From the NCBI RefSeq assembly GCF_001194135.2, contig NC_068998.1:48665095-48723181 (forward strand): a DNA stretch of 58,087 nucleotides, read 5' to 3'. Under the pieces are notes generated by a model. It saw nothing but the letters and a program-made list of their open reading frames with translations. It had not been told where the DNA came from and did not search any database. Below are positions 26,101 through 37,864 of the stretch, piece by piece. The position numbers and the translations under genes were made by a program. The DNA comes from Octopus bimaculoides (Eukaryota). Position 1 is the first letter of the stretch; each line of letters begins with the position of its first letter.

Positions 26101-29100
26101 AAGGAAGACAAAGGAAAAATAAAAATATATTCGTCCTCAGCCGCCTGGATTACTGCTCACAGCTGTGGTCACCCACCAGTCTGAAATTAACAGCAGACCT
26201 TGAAGCAATCCAGAGGAGATTCACAAAGAAGATTGTCTCTTTGCAACTGGTCAGCTACTGGGAAAGGCTGAAACAGCTAAGACTCTACTCCCTGGAGAGA
26301 AGGCGGGAGAGGTATGCAGTAATATACATCTGGAAGATCCTGGAAGGAATTGTGCCAAATTTTGGCATTGAAAGCTACACCAATGCCAGAACGGGACGGC
26401 ACTGCATAGTGCCAAAGATCCCNNNNNNNNNNNNNNNNNNNNNNNNNNNNNNNNNNNNNNNNNNNNNNNNNNNNNNNNNNNNNNNNNNNNNNNNNNNNNN
26501 NNNNNNNNNNNNNNNNNNNNNNNNNNNNNNNNNNNNNNNNNNNNNNNNNNNNNNNNNNNNNNNNNNNNNNNNNNNNNNNNNNNNNNNNNNNNNNNNNNNN
26601 NNNNNNNNNNNNNNNNNNNNNNNNNNNNNNNNNNNNNNNNNNNNNNNNNNNNNNNNNNNNNNNNNNNNNNNNNNNNNNNNNNNNNNNNNNNNNNNNNNNN
26701 NNNNNNNNNNNNNNNNNNNNNNNNNNNNNNNNNNNNNNNNNNNNNNNNNNNNNNNNNNNNNNNNNNNNNNNNNNNNNNNNNNNNNNNNNNNNNNNNNNNN
26801 NNNNNNNNNNNNNNNNNNNNNNNNNNNNNNNNNNNNNNNNNNNNNNNNNNNNNNNNNNNNNNNNNNNNNNNNNNNNNNNNNNNNNNNNNTATATACACAC
26901 ATATATACATACACACACGCACACATACACATATATGCATTTATGCATGTATGTGTATCTTTGTGTTTGTCCCTCCAACATCACTTGAATACCAGTGATG
27001 GTTTATTTATGTCCCTGCAACTGAACAGTTTGAGAAAAGAGTCCAACTGAATGAGCACCAGACTTAAAACTCAAGCACCGGGGCCGATTTGTTCAACTAA
27101 ACACTGCAAGGCTGTATCCCAGCATGGCCACAGCCGAATGACTAAAACAAGCAAAACAAACGGAAAATATGAATCAAAATGGTATAAAGACATTCCATAC
27201 CTTTTATATTTGGCCAACATTTTGGTCAGCATGGTTGCCACATTTTCACAGTTTTTCTTTGTGGAACAAAATACCAAACATGAGTTGTCAGGAATGACTT
27301 CCAATACGAGACCCAGCAGATGGTCAGGATCTATTTTGCACATTTCCTTTTTGTACTGAAATAAGAAACAATACAAGAATCTTTAACCCTTCAGCATTCG
27401 GATTATTGCATCAATGTGTAATGCTTATTTATTATTCATTGCTTTGAAATTAATGATACATCACCTTATATACTCTTTTACTTGTTTCAGACATTTGACT
27501 GTAGCCATGCTGGAGCACCGCTTTAGTTGAGCAAATCGATCCCAGGACTTATTCTTTGTAAGCCTAGTACTTATTCTATCAGTCTCTTTTTGCCAAACCG
27601 CTAAGTTATGGGGACGTAAACACACCAGCATTGGTTGTCAAGCGATGATGGGGGGACAAACACAGACACACAAACATATATATATATACATATGCATATA
27701 TATACGACGGGCTTCTTTCAGTTTCCATCTACCAAATCCACTCACAAGGCTTTGGTCGGCCTGAGGCTATAGTAGAAGACACTTGCCCAAGGTGCCATGC
27801 AGTGGGACTGAACCCGGAACCATGTGGTTGGTAAGCAAGCTACTTACCACACAGCCACTCCTGCACCNNNNNNNNNNNNNNNNNNNNNNNNNNNNNNNNN
27901 NNNNNNNNNNNNNNNNNNNNNNNNNNNNNNNNNNNNNNNNNNNNNNNNNNNNNNNNNNNNNNNNNNNNNNNNNNNNNNNNNNNNNNNNNNNNNNNNNNNN
28001 NNNNNNNNNNNNNNNNNNNNNNNNNNNNNNNNCAAGGGTCTTCTACTATAGCCTCGGGCCAACCAAAGCCTTGTGAGTGGATTTGGTAGAGGGAAACTGA
28101 AAGAAGCCCATCGTATATGTGTGTGGGGGGGGGGATCCCTGCAACACTGCTTGACAATTAATGCTGGTGTGTTTACGTCCCCATAACTTAGCGGTTTGGC
28201 AAAAAGAGACTGATAGAATAAGTACTGGGCTTACAAAGAATACGTCCTGGGGTCGATTTGCTCGACTAAAAGTTGACTGAAACAAATAAAAGAATAGTCC
28301 ACCTCTTAAGAGATCAGAGAAATCGTTTAAAAATCAGTTACCAAATTTTTTTTTTTTTTTGTTAAATGTGTAAAACAAAATACAAAAATTAATAACAAAC
28401 CTGAAATGTGGCCACTCTGTTATGAACTAGGATCTCTTCTGAAAATTTTGGACATACACGATAGATATTGTCGTCAAGCTTGATGTATTCAGTGAGTGTA
28501 ACCTTTTTTTAAAAACAAAATATAGCAGATCAAAGAATAAATGAGAAAAGATTAAGTTTAGAGACCATTGCTCCTCCACTCCCCCTCTACACACACATAA
28601 ACAAAAAGTCAAATCTTAACAGTAAAACCATAATGATGTGTCCCTGGACAATAACCGGTATGTAACCCAGGCTATATTTTCTTAATGTATGTTTAAGCAA
28701 CATTAATCATGGACTCAAATCAACGCTTTTACTGGACCATACTCATTTATCTCAGTTCTGAGTTCAAATTCCAACGAGGTCGATTTTGCCTTTCATCCTT
28801 TCAGGGGTCGATAAATTAAGTACCAGTTGCATACTGGTGTAGATCTAATCAACTGGGCCTCCTCCCAAAAAATTTCGGGTCTTGTGCCTAGAGTAGAAAA
28901 GAATCGTTAGCATGCCAGGCGAAATGCTTAGCGGTATTTCGTCTACCGTTACGTTCTGAGTTCAAATTCTGCCGAGGTCAACTTTGCTTTTCATCCTTTT
29001 GGGTTTTGGGGTTGATTAAATAAGTACCAGTTACACACTGGGGTTGATGTAATTGACTTAATCCCTCTGTCTGTCCTTGTTTTTCCCCTCTATGTTTAGC

Positions 29101-29998
29101 CCCCTGTGAGCAATAAAGAAAAGAATATATAAATATGATATCTGGGTGTGCCTCTTTCTGCCCCAACATAGGCATATGTACGCATGGGAATGTGTACACC
29201 TTGCTCAGAGTTGCACTAAACACTAATTGAGATGTTGTAGCCTTATTTACACTGCCCTAACTTTAGTGGTTTGGCAAAAGTGACCGATACAATAAGCACC
29301 AGGCCTTAAAATAAATACCAGGATCAATTGTTCAGCTAAACCCTTCCTAAACCCTTCAAGGCAGGGCTCCAGTATGGCCACAGTCTAGAGAATGAAACGA
29401 GTAAAAGATGAAAGATATTACTCACAGGTCGAAAATCATTTATGTAAAGCTCTGCCTTCAGGAATGTCTTCAGGTCGTTGATGTTACTTAATGTGGCACT
29501 CATACCAATTATTTGGCAGGAATCTGTAAGAAGGGAAAAACCAACCATCAACAACAATATTTAGCAGATGACAAACGACAACAGCAAAATTTCTTTCAAC
29601 TAGAAGCATTCAAATCATTTTCCTACTTTAGATGTTTTTGCAAACAACTTGCACATGCAAGTGCTACCAGTCGAGAACTCCACATACCGGAAGCCAGCAA
29701 GTGTAGGGGGTCATCAAGAGAGAATGTGCGCTGTTTCAGGGCCTACCTCTCGATGGCATCATTGCGCACAGGTTCCTCTCACTGATATGAGGCCCCACTT
29801 GCTAGATCAACTGGTTATCAAATAAAGCTCAATAGAGATGCAGGAGTGACTGTGTGGTAAGTAGCTTGCTTACCAACCATGTGGTTCTGAGTTCAGTCCC
29901 ACTGCGTGGCGCCTTGGACAAGTGTCTTCTACTATAGCCTCGGGCCGACCAAAGCCTTGTGAGTGGATTTGGTAGACAGAAACTGAAAGAAGCCTGTC

Positions 29999-30036
<38 letters not shown>

Positions 30037-33000
30037 GTGTGTGTGTGTGTGTGTGTGTGTATTGCTGTTTGTCCCCCCACCATCGCTTGACAACCGATGT
30101 TGGTGTATTTATGTCCCTGTAACATAGCGGTTACAGGGACATGATCTCCTTAATGTATAATAATGCCATAAAACATAAGACTGTACTTCAGTAGTTCAAG
30201 TCGAAGTTACTTACATCCATAACTTAAAGTTTTAATTAAAGTTGCTTCCAGCACAGCACCTCTGCGCCCTCCTTCACCCAACATGTGCAGCTGAAACAGA
30301 AAGTTGAAATTCTCTTATATTAAATATATTTTACAGAAAATTCTAGATTAAAATCTACATATTTTGAATCAGTGCTTCATTGAAATAGTTACAGTAGTTG
30401 ACATCAAACCAAGAGGTCAATAGTTCATATTTCATCATCAACTTTTTCATGCTTGCATGGGTCTGTTGTGGTGGATTTTCTATGGCTGAATGCCCTTCCT
30501 GTCAGATGGAATTTGAGCCAGCTTTTATCTACAAATGCCGTTCCTGTCACCAATCCTCACCTGTTTCCAAGCAAGGCAATATTCTCCGATGACCATTCAT
30601 GTCTCAAAAGATTCGAAAAAACAAAAGGACACTGCTGTATGACCACGTTTGGATGGGGCTTTTTACATACCACTGTCACGAGGAGCCAGTCAGGCAGCTC
30701 TGGCAGTGACCCACGCATGAATGAATGGTGCTTACCGCGTGCCACCAGCACTGGTAACAGCCACAACTACAATTTCCTCATGTCTTTTCTAAAAGATATT
30801 AGAGTCAAAGTTGAATAAAATTGTTCCAACTGGCAATAGACACACACACACACACACATAAATGAAAAGAAAGATCACTGGCGTCCGTCCAAGTTTCTGT
30901 ATAAGACTACAATAGAGATGTAATGTTACCGTGCTCTCTCTCTCTCTCTCTACATATATGCAAACATCCATAAGCATTTTTTTTTTAGAGATGAGGAATA
31001 ATGTACATTATTTACATTTGACGGATATTTGTCCTCATTTTCTTTGTTGTTAACACAAGGTTTTAGTTGATATACATTCCAGCCCTCATCAGGTGTCTTG
31101 GGGAAATTTCGAATCTGGATTCTCATTCCCACAGGCATATGGTACAGTGGTTAAGAGCGTTGGCTATTAACCTCAAGATTTCGAGTTCGATTCCAGGCAG
31201 TGACCTGAATAATAATAATAACATCGAAAAATACCTTAGGAATGAGAACCCAAGACACCTGATGAAGGCTGGAGGGTATATCAGCCGAAACTCTGTGTTA
31301 ACAACAAACAAGATGAGGACAAATATCCGTCAAATGTAAATAATATCCATAAGCATGTCTAAGCATTTTTATGTTTTGTCAAATATAATCAAGAGCATAT
31401 ACATCATGATTACTATTGCTTAAATAAATTTTTAAAAAATTAACAACAAACAAAAGCCTTACTTCATCAACAACCATCAATCCCAGTTTGCCCATTCGAT
31501 TCAGTTCAATAAATTGATTAATCAAACTGTGAGCCTTCTCAATGGTTGCAATATACAGGGTTCCCTTCTGGGGACGATTAATTGGTGGGTAACGACCTTT
31601 GCTCCCTGCATACTCTTCTACATGGAAGTTCAATTCAACAGCCAGTTCTGCAATGGCCTTCACCTTGGTTGAAAGACAACAAATGACGATTATGGATTTA
31701 TTTTTATCATTAGATAGCTGAAACAATAGACTTCTAGATTTTAAAAGCATTATTTACAGCAACATTGAGTGCACCCATCTCCTTTATTTTATTATATTCT
31801 ATAATAAGTAATTAATTACTGACATGTCAGCATTAATATTCATTTATTTATGCGCCCTTTTCAAGCCTAGCCAGGCTCATGGGCCCGATTTCCCAGTTTC
31901 TATGGCGTATGTGTTCTCCCCAGCTGGACGGGACATCAGTCTATCGTAGCATTACTCAAGAAACAGGAAGAAAGAGTGAAAGAAAGTTGGGGCGAAAGAG
32001 TACCACAGGGGTCGCCACCACCCTCTGCTGGAGCCTTGTGGAGCTTTTAAGTTTTCCATGCTAGCATGGGTTGGACGATTTGACTGAAGACTGGCGAACC
32101 AGATGGCTGCACCAGGCTCCAATCTGATCTGGCAGAGTTTCTACAGCTGGATGCCCTTCCTAACGCCAAATACTCCAAGAGTGTAGTGGGTTCTTTTACG
32201 TGCCACCGACACAAGGGCCAGTCAGGCGGTACTGGCAACGTGTGTGTAGTAAATATAAAGCAAACAAGATATGCTGATGATAAAGTGAGGGTCACTGTAT
32301 GACATCTAAAATACAAAAGTGATAATGATGATAGTGGAATCATCAGACCACTAGCATAGCTGGGGAGGGCGGTCCGCTCTGGGTGGCACTTTTGGGTCTG
32401 GTGTAGGCAATATGTGTTTTTTGTAGGATCTGGGAGCAGCAAATGGAAGAGCCACCCTGGGTGGTACACACTCTGGCTACACTAGTGCATTAGACATAAT
32501 ATGGGATGATTTTGATAATAAATATTTGTGGTCAGACTTTACCTTTTCTTGTACGATTGAAACGTAAGGTAGGACTAACATGGCGTTTTTCTTTTGGCAC
32601 AGCAACTGTCGAAGAATGAGTATTTCAGCAACAAGAGTCTTGCCACCACTTGTAGGCAAAGAGTAAATGAGATTCTGATTGGTTGATTGTTCAGCTAATG
32701 ATAAACACTCTTCCTGCCAATCTAAGATGAAGACATAAATAAACTGATTTTGATAAAACAATGTAGTTGATCAAAAAGTAATGTCGTTTACAATTGTTCA
32801 TCAACAAAACAGCCAATGCTTTGACAAACACACATGCAATCATTAACACACGCACACACACACATACTATTTGGTTTCTGTCAACTTTTTAAAAAAACAC
32901 AAAAAAGGTGGCTGAGTGATAAGTAGATTGTTTACCAACCACATGGTTCTGGGTTCAGCCCCACTGCGTCGCACCTTGGGCAAGTGTCTTCTACTATAGC

Positions 33001-33088
33001 CTCGAGCCGACCAAAGCCTTGTGAGTGGATTTGGTAGACGGAAACTGAAAGAAGCCCATCGTATATATATATATATATATATATTATA

Positions 33089-33166
<78 letters not shown>

Positions 33167-35488
33167 CATGTGTGTGTGTGTGTGTGTGTATATGCTTATG
33201 TGTCTGTTTTTGTCCCGCCAACATTGCTTGACAACCGATGCTGGATTGTTTACGTCCCCGTAACTTAGCGGTTCGGCAAAAGCGACACGATAGAATAAGT
33301 ACTTGGCTTACAAAGAATAAGATCCTCGGGTTGATTTGCTCGACTGAAGGCGGTGCTCCAGCATGGCCGCAGTCAAATGTGTGAAACAAGTAAAAGAGTA
33401 AAAAGAATAACAGAATATCAACAGAATCTTAACTCACCATAAAGTTTCTTGATGCCTCTCTGTTTCTCAAAGAGTTCTTTGACTTTCAAAGGAAGACCAT
33501 AGAATGGTCCAATATCAAAATTGCCAACGCCCATCTCCTTCTCTTTCTGCACAATTTCAAGACCTGCTTCTGCTTCAGCACGCCTATCATGTTGCATTTT
33601 CTCAACGTATTTAGCAATGTTTTGCGAAGTGTGCCCTTGAGCATTCTGGAATAGGCGCTGGTGGATGTGTTTCTTTAGAAAAGATGTACCCATGGTCTTT
33701 GGATTTGAAGAGGTTTTCGAATTTGTATCATCTTCCTTAGAAAGGACACTTTCTTCCTAAACAAGTTGAAAACAAAGGTTATGATTCAAACATGAAGTGG
33801 ACAAATATCCGTCAAATGTAAATAATGTAAATAATTTAAATAATGTGCAAAGAATATGAGTTGAGAAAAAATATCATCATCATCATCAGCCTTAACAAAT
33901 TCCATCTAACCCATGGAAATGTGGAGAAATGAATATTAAACAAAGAAGATAATCACATTAGACACACCAGATAATGCATTCTATAGATAACCTTACTCAC
34001 TTTCGAAGAATTTTTGACTTGTTTCTCCTCCTGGTTCTTGAAATGATTCAGAGATTTCTTTTTGATTTCAAAATCATCATTTCCAAAGATTGAATCTAAC
34101 ATTGTTGAGATTGATGAGGAGAACATATCACTCTGGGAACTACGAGTTGGTGAAAAATGGTCGGCATCTACCGACTCTTTAGAAAGCTTTCTTCGGAAAG
34201 GGCTGGATTCTGAGACTTTTGCACTGCTGGTTTTAGTCGAATCTTTTGCTGGTTTGTGAAGTGGAGACAGACTGAAAAGTTCGGTCGAATAAGTTTTGAC
34301 TGAGTGAGGTAGATGCTGACCAGAAAAGAGATCAGCGCTTTCAGATTGTACAATAATTTCATCTGGTGGTGTTTCATATAATCCAGTAACTGTTTTATTT
34401 CCTTGAAATTCTTCTGTTCTGTCATTACAGAATTTTTTCTGTTGCTGGACGGCACCAACAAAATGTGTGAGCTGAGCTGTTTGTGGGGCATTTTGCTGCC
34501 TGTCATACTGAATAGCAATTCCAGAAATATCAAGCTCTGCTAGATCAGCATCACTGTTCTCAAATAAATCTCCCTCATCATCACAATCACCATCATCTAT
34601 TAAAATATCCTGAAAATAAAATAAGAAGTGCCAGAGAAAGGTATGTAATGCACCACTCCACAATTCCATCCTGGTAATCAACAACTTGACTGAAATAGGC
34701 ATCAAATCTGTCCCTCACCCTCCCTCCAGTCCTAACCATGCTCCCTGTAACTTTTGGTCGTTTCCCCAAGCTGAAGCAGATGAGACACCTTTAGGCAGAG
34801 GACTTCAGTTTGGAGGACTTCCATGGGGCCTTCATGAAGTAGCCAGAGCACTACAACAAATGCAATGAAGTCATCATATCTTACTTTGAAGGAGATTAGA
34901 GTTTGGTACTTCTTTGAAATTAATAAAAGTCTTTCCTGAAAAAGTCTCAAAACTTCTGGGACATAATACAGGTACACTATAAAGTAGTAATAAGTTTGAG
35001 GAATCATGTCCTTCATTTCTTTTGCAGAGAAACCAACTTTAACCCACCTCTAAATGTTGAACCAGAGGTAAAAATTAATGAAAGCAAATAAATCAAATAT
35101 CATTTTTCACAGTGTCAATAAAGGAAAACTTTTTTTTAAGAAATACCTGAGATAAATGTGTTGATGACAGTTTTTTAGATTCTTTTCTACAGTGGCCACT
35201 TGTTTTTATTGGACGTATCATCTGTTCTGAATTTTTGGGATTCGAGATGTTTGCATAACCTTCCTCTGCAAATGTGCTCTTAAACCAAATTTGTTTTTTC
35301 TGAGGGGAAATTTTTGATGATGAGGCTTTAGTGGCAACTCCAGATGAACGTTGTGAGGAGTTTTCCGTTTGATTATCTTCAGTCTTCCTTCTGCTTGCTG
35401 ACGGAAACTGAAGGCTATAATGAGACAATGCTCTTTTCTGTACTCTCGCCTTACGGCATGGGCCTTCTTCAATAACATCATCATTCAT
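16695..35488 (-). CDS. HELQ: Helicase POLQ-like (HELQ/HEL308), Ski2-like SF2 helicase, 19 coding exons, 1241 aa
   Basis: Exons (minus): 35488-35147, 34609-34001, 33756-33438, 32721-32543, 31663-31463, 30290-30215, 29523-29426, 28502-28401, 27355-27201, 24909-24670, 23559-23418, 22743-22639, 22120-21868, 21495-21338, 20328-20230, 19765-19592, 18952-18839, 17725-17591, 16919-16695. All introns GT-AG with consistent phases; total 3726 nt. Motifs: [69 protein letters not shown], Hh[12 protein letters not shown]. No polymerase domain, so not POLQ. Confidence 0.96.
17973..18197 (+). mobile_element. piggyBac-like MITE (diverged)
   Basis: TTAA at both ends with imperfect TIRs (TTAATCTTTTAGCATT ... 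AATGCTGTAGGGTTAA). Related pieces at ~17035-17210, 19035-19130 and 27383-27460. Confidence 0.6.
19863..19982 (-). mobile_element. 3' part of tRNA-headed hammerhead-bearing element (family D)
   Basis: Matches the 3' halves of the elements at 31134-31345, 38620-39050 and 40694-41098. Confidence 0.8.
19911..19956 (-). ncRNA. Minimal type I hammerhead ribozyme motif (intact core)
   Basis: GACAC-CUGAUGA-A-GGCUG-gagggtatat-CAGCC-GAA-AC-GU-U-GUGUU: stem I GACAC/GUGUU, stem II GGCUG/CAGCC, loopless palindromic stem III ACGU, GUU cleavage triplet. Confidence 0.75.
26138..26422 (+). pseudogene. CR1/L2-group LINE ORF2 C-terminal fragment in a HELQ intron
   Basis: [12 protein letters not shown]...[12 protein letters not shown]...[21 protein letters not shown]; runs into a gap. 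Confidence 0.8.
27472..27866 (-). mobile_element. CORE-type SINE family B (full length)
   Basis: tRNA head, CACCTTGGGCAAGTGTCTT core (CORE-like), internal (TA/CA)n, tail CTCCAGCATGGCTACAGTCAAATG. Confidence 0.8.
28033..28294 (+). mobile_element. CORE-type SINE family B, inverted relative to 27472-27866
   Basis: Direct sequence match; head lost in the gap. Confidence 0.75.
29840..30130 (+). mobile_element. CORE-type SINE family B (3'-truncated)
   Basis: Head and core match 32907-33408. Confidence 0.8.
31000..31345. mobile_element. Family D inverted dimer: minus 3' part (31000-31129) plus full plus-strand element (31134-31345)
   Basis: tRNA-like head with A box TGGTACAGTGG and B box GAGTTCGATTCC, (AAT)n, then the hammerhead segment at 31254-31299 (stem III mutated). 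Confidence 0.8.
31842..32048 (-). mobile_element. SINE with family A core but a different 3' tail
   Basis: AAGCTCCACAAGGCTCC...GGTGGCGACCCCTGTGGTACTCTTTC...CTTCCTGTTTCT as in family A, then an unrelated tail ending (TAAA)n. Confidence 0.6.
32907..33408 (+). mobile_element. CORE-type SINE family B (full length, representative)
   Basis: tRNA head GGTGGCTGAGTGATAAG...GGGTTCAGCCCC, CORE-like CACCTTGGGCAAGTGTCTT, internal (TA)n(TG)n, tail GGCGGTGCTCCAGCATGGCCGCAGTCAAATG...(AAAAGA)n. Other copies at ~8040-8180, 23090-23240, 39311-39710, 44980-45065, 51950-52045, 53410-53690, 54800-55130, 56157-56370 and 56985-57290. Confidence 0.85.
34687..34965 (+). pseudogene. Mariner transposase 3' remnant in a HELQ intron
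   Basis: [25 protein letters not shown] corresponds to the decayed HPPYSPDLAPCDF motif. Confidence 0.7.
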
Positions 35489-36089
35489 AGCAGTCCCTAT
35501 CAAGGGTGCATGAACTAACAGCAGGCTGACAGATCTGAAATAAGTTGTGCACATATATTAGCTAAACATACAAAACAAATGGGATACAATGCAATGTTTG
35601 CAGTAAACTCTATCGAAAACTGTTTTGAGTTCAAATCCCATCAGAGGTGACTTCACGTTTCCTCACTGCACCCATCTGGAAAAGTAACTGCAACTTACAG
35701 ACTAGTTTCTTTGAGATTTGCCTCTAAACTTTCATACTGTACCGATCCCTCCTGTCTGAACTTGGATTCATGGACAGGCTAACATTACGCAACATGGTAA
35801 CATAAACCTATAAGAATTGGATGAGATATGATGGCTCGGCCGTCTCTCCCCAGTTCTTATATTAATCATTAAAATTCAGAAATACAACAACACGAGGGAT
35901 AACGGTAACAACAGATCAATAGTTTATTCTAGGTTGGTGTAGAGCCGTTTCGTTCCTGGGTAAATAGGCATGCCACTAGAATACCAAAGGAAGCTTCGAC
36001 CACATGTCGGTATCGAGCTGAGAGAATACGTGTTGTCACCACCGCTGCTGGAGAGAAAAGAGATCGGACGCTATAGCTTTCTCTCCACC

Positions 36090-36190
36090 TGTTGCATTGC
36101 GCATGCGTGCTCGGGTACTTCCGCTGACGGCAAGTCCCTTGCACATGCGCAATGGCACTTCCCAAGATGGCGGCCAATGGCGGCCACACG
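36090..36190. promoter_or_regulatory. Probable bidirectional promoter between HELQ and the CYREN-like gene
   Basis: CpG-rich patch with NRF1 TGCGCATGCG (36098-36107), ETS/GABP ACTTCCG (36117-36123), a second NRF1-like site (36140-36151) and YY1 CAAGATGGCGGC (36163-36174), lying between divergent genes. Confidence 0.7.
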
Positions 36191-37864
36191 CGCAACTACA
36201 AACCAAATCACGAACCCAAATCCTAATAGAGAATTTTAGAACAGCAGACCCATCCAGTCAGATAATCAACACATCTTCTGGCACATTACAATTACATTTT
36301 GTGGCAGCTGTCAAAAATGTCAGTAAATATCAAAGGATCAGCTTTGGTCTTTGTGCCAAAATGCAAATATTCCAAAACATTCACCATTCTGTTATAGAAG
36401 ACTGCAACTCGATCTCTCATCAGAGATATCTTAAGAGCGAAGGCAGGCAGTTAAAAGGCATTCTCTTTCATTACATTCTCACATATCACTAATGTTTTGA
36501 CTAAAAACATTCATTATTTTCTTCAAACATCGATACAGACCTCGAAGCTTTCCTCATCGTCGCTCATTCACCACACCACTAAACCTTATACTCAGGCTCG
36601 TCTTAACAGTATCATTAACTGTATCATAGATCCCTGGCAAATCAATGCACTGGCCCCTATAATATATATTCACTGACAGCAAGCCACAGTAGATACAAAT
36701 GAGAATTGAGTCCCTAGATCTGTGTCCCACCTCACTAGCGGACAGATGTGCTTTAAGACGGTAGTAATTACAATCGGAATAAAGGAAGAAAAAAAAATAA
36801 CTATCTCTCGTTACTTTACTCTTTTTTCTGTTTGATTAACTTCGGATTAACATCAGACACACAGACACACAGAAAACTCCGACTAGAAAAGCTGTCAAAA
36901 CTTTAAACAAGTAAACTTATCAATTAAAATATATCTTTAAGAAAACTTTTATACGAATATAAAAGAAAAGCATCCAGCAAAAAAAAATACAACGAACAGA
37001 CTTGAAATATTAGAAAACTAACCTTTTCTTGTTTTGTTTTCTTTTGTTTTACATTAAAATCTGGTGAATTGTTGGATCACATCTGCTAAAAATTGAAAAG
37101 GTAAATAAAAACTTTCTGCTAAAGAAAGATGTTTGTTTCGTTATTCAACGCTTTAATTAACGCGGGTCACTTATATCAATGACAAAATTAAATGAAAACT
37201 GATTACACACTTTTCATTCATGATATTTATATGTGTTCATTGCACACAATTTGTATCCGTGCGTGCGTGCGTGTGTGTCACACACTGATAGTGAGTGGGG
37301 TCGACTTTATTTTTATTGTTCTAAGCGGTTCCCGCGAAACGATATTTAAGCAAATGTTATTCTGATTGATGAATCTGTCAGGTAATACGACTTATTTATT
37401 GTCTTTGCTTTGTTTTTTCCACCCAGCTCTTCTTCCCTCCGACGATGAAATCCCAAACAAGATACACTCGAGAAAAGCTTCATTACAATTATCGTTAAAA
37501 AACGTACGAACGTCACACGATCCTGTCTCTAATTATTGTTGTTTAGCACCGTGTCAGCCACGTATCCGCTCTCTATATTTAGTGTGATTGAAGGAAATTT
37601 TTTTGCTGTTTACATTTTGTCCAGTGATCGTGGAGAAGAGGGTCACTTAATTTGTTCTTCACAAATTTTAGTTGTCATGATGATACCTGCTCTGAGGCCT
37701 ATGCAAAGTTGCAGGAAGTGTATGGAAAGGAGTGTATGGGCCACTTGGTCAGAATTATCTTTTACATATGTCTATTAATCTATCTGTCTCCATTCATTTA
37801 TATCTTTCTCAGTTGATTTTTTTTTTTGTGTGTATGTCCACTTGTCTGATTTATATATTCATAC

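Noticed and set aside
29730-29775. SECIS element
   Set aside because: The core is SECIS-like, but helix II is only ~6 bp, there is no apical AA motif, and the site is intronic with no UGA-containing ORF.
16695-35488. Alternative call as POLQ
   Set aside because: The ORF ends shortly after the HhH region with no central or polymerase domain, and the motifs fit HELQ.
36167-36239. ATGGCGGCC starts at the promoter as a coding first exon
   Set aside because: Both ATG frames stop within ~20 codons; better explained as a YY1 motif or uORFs.
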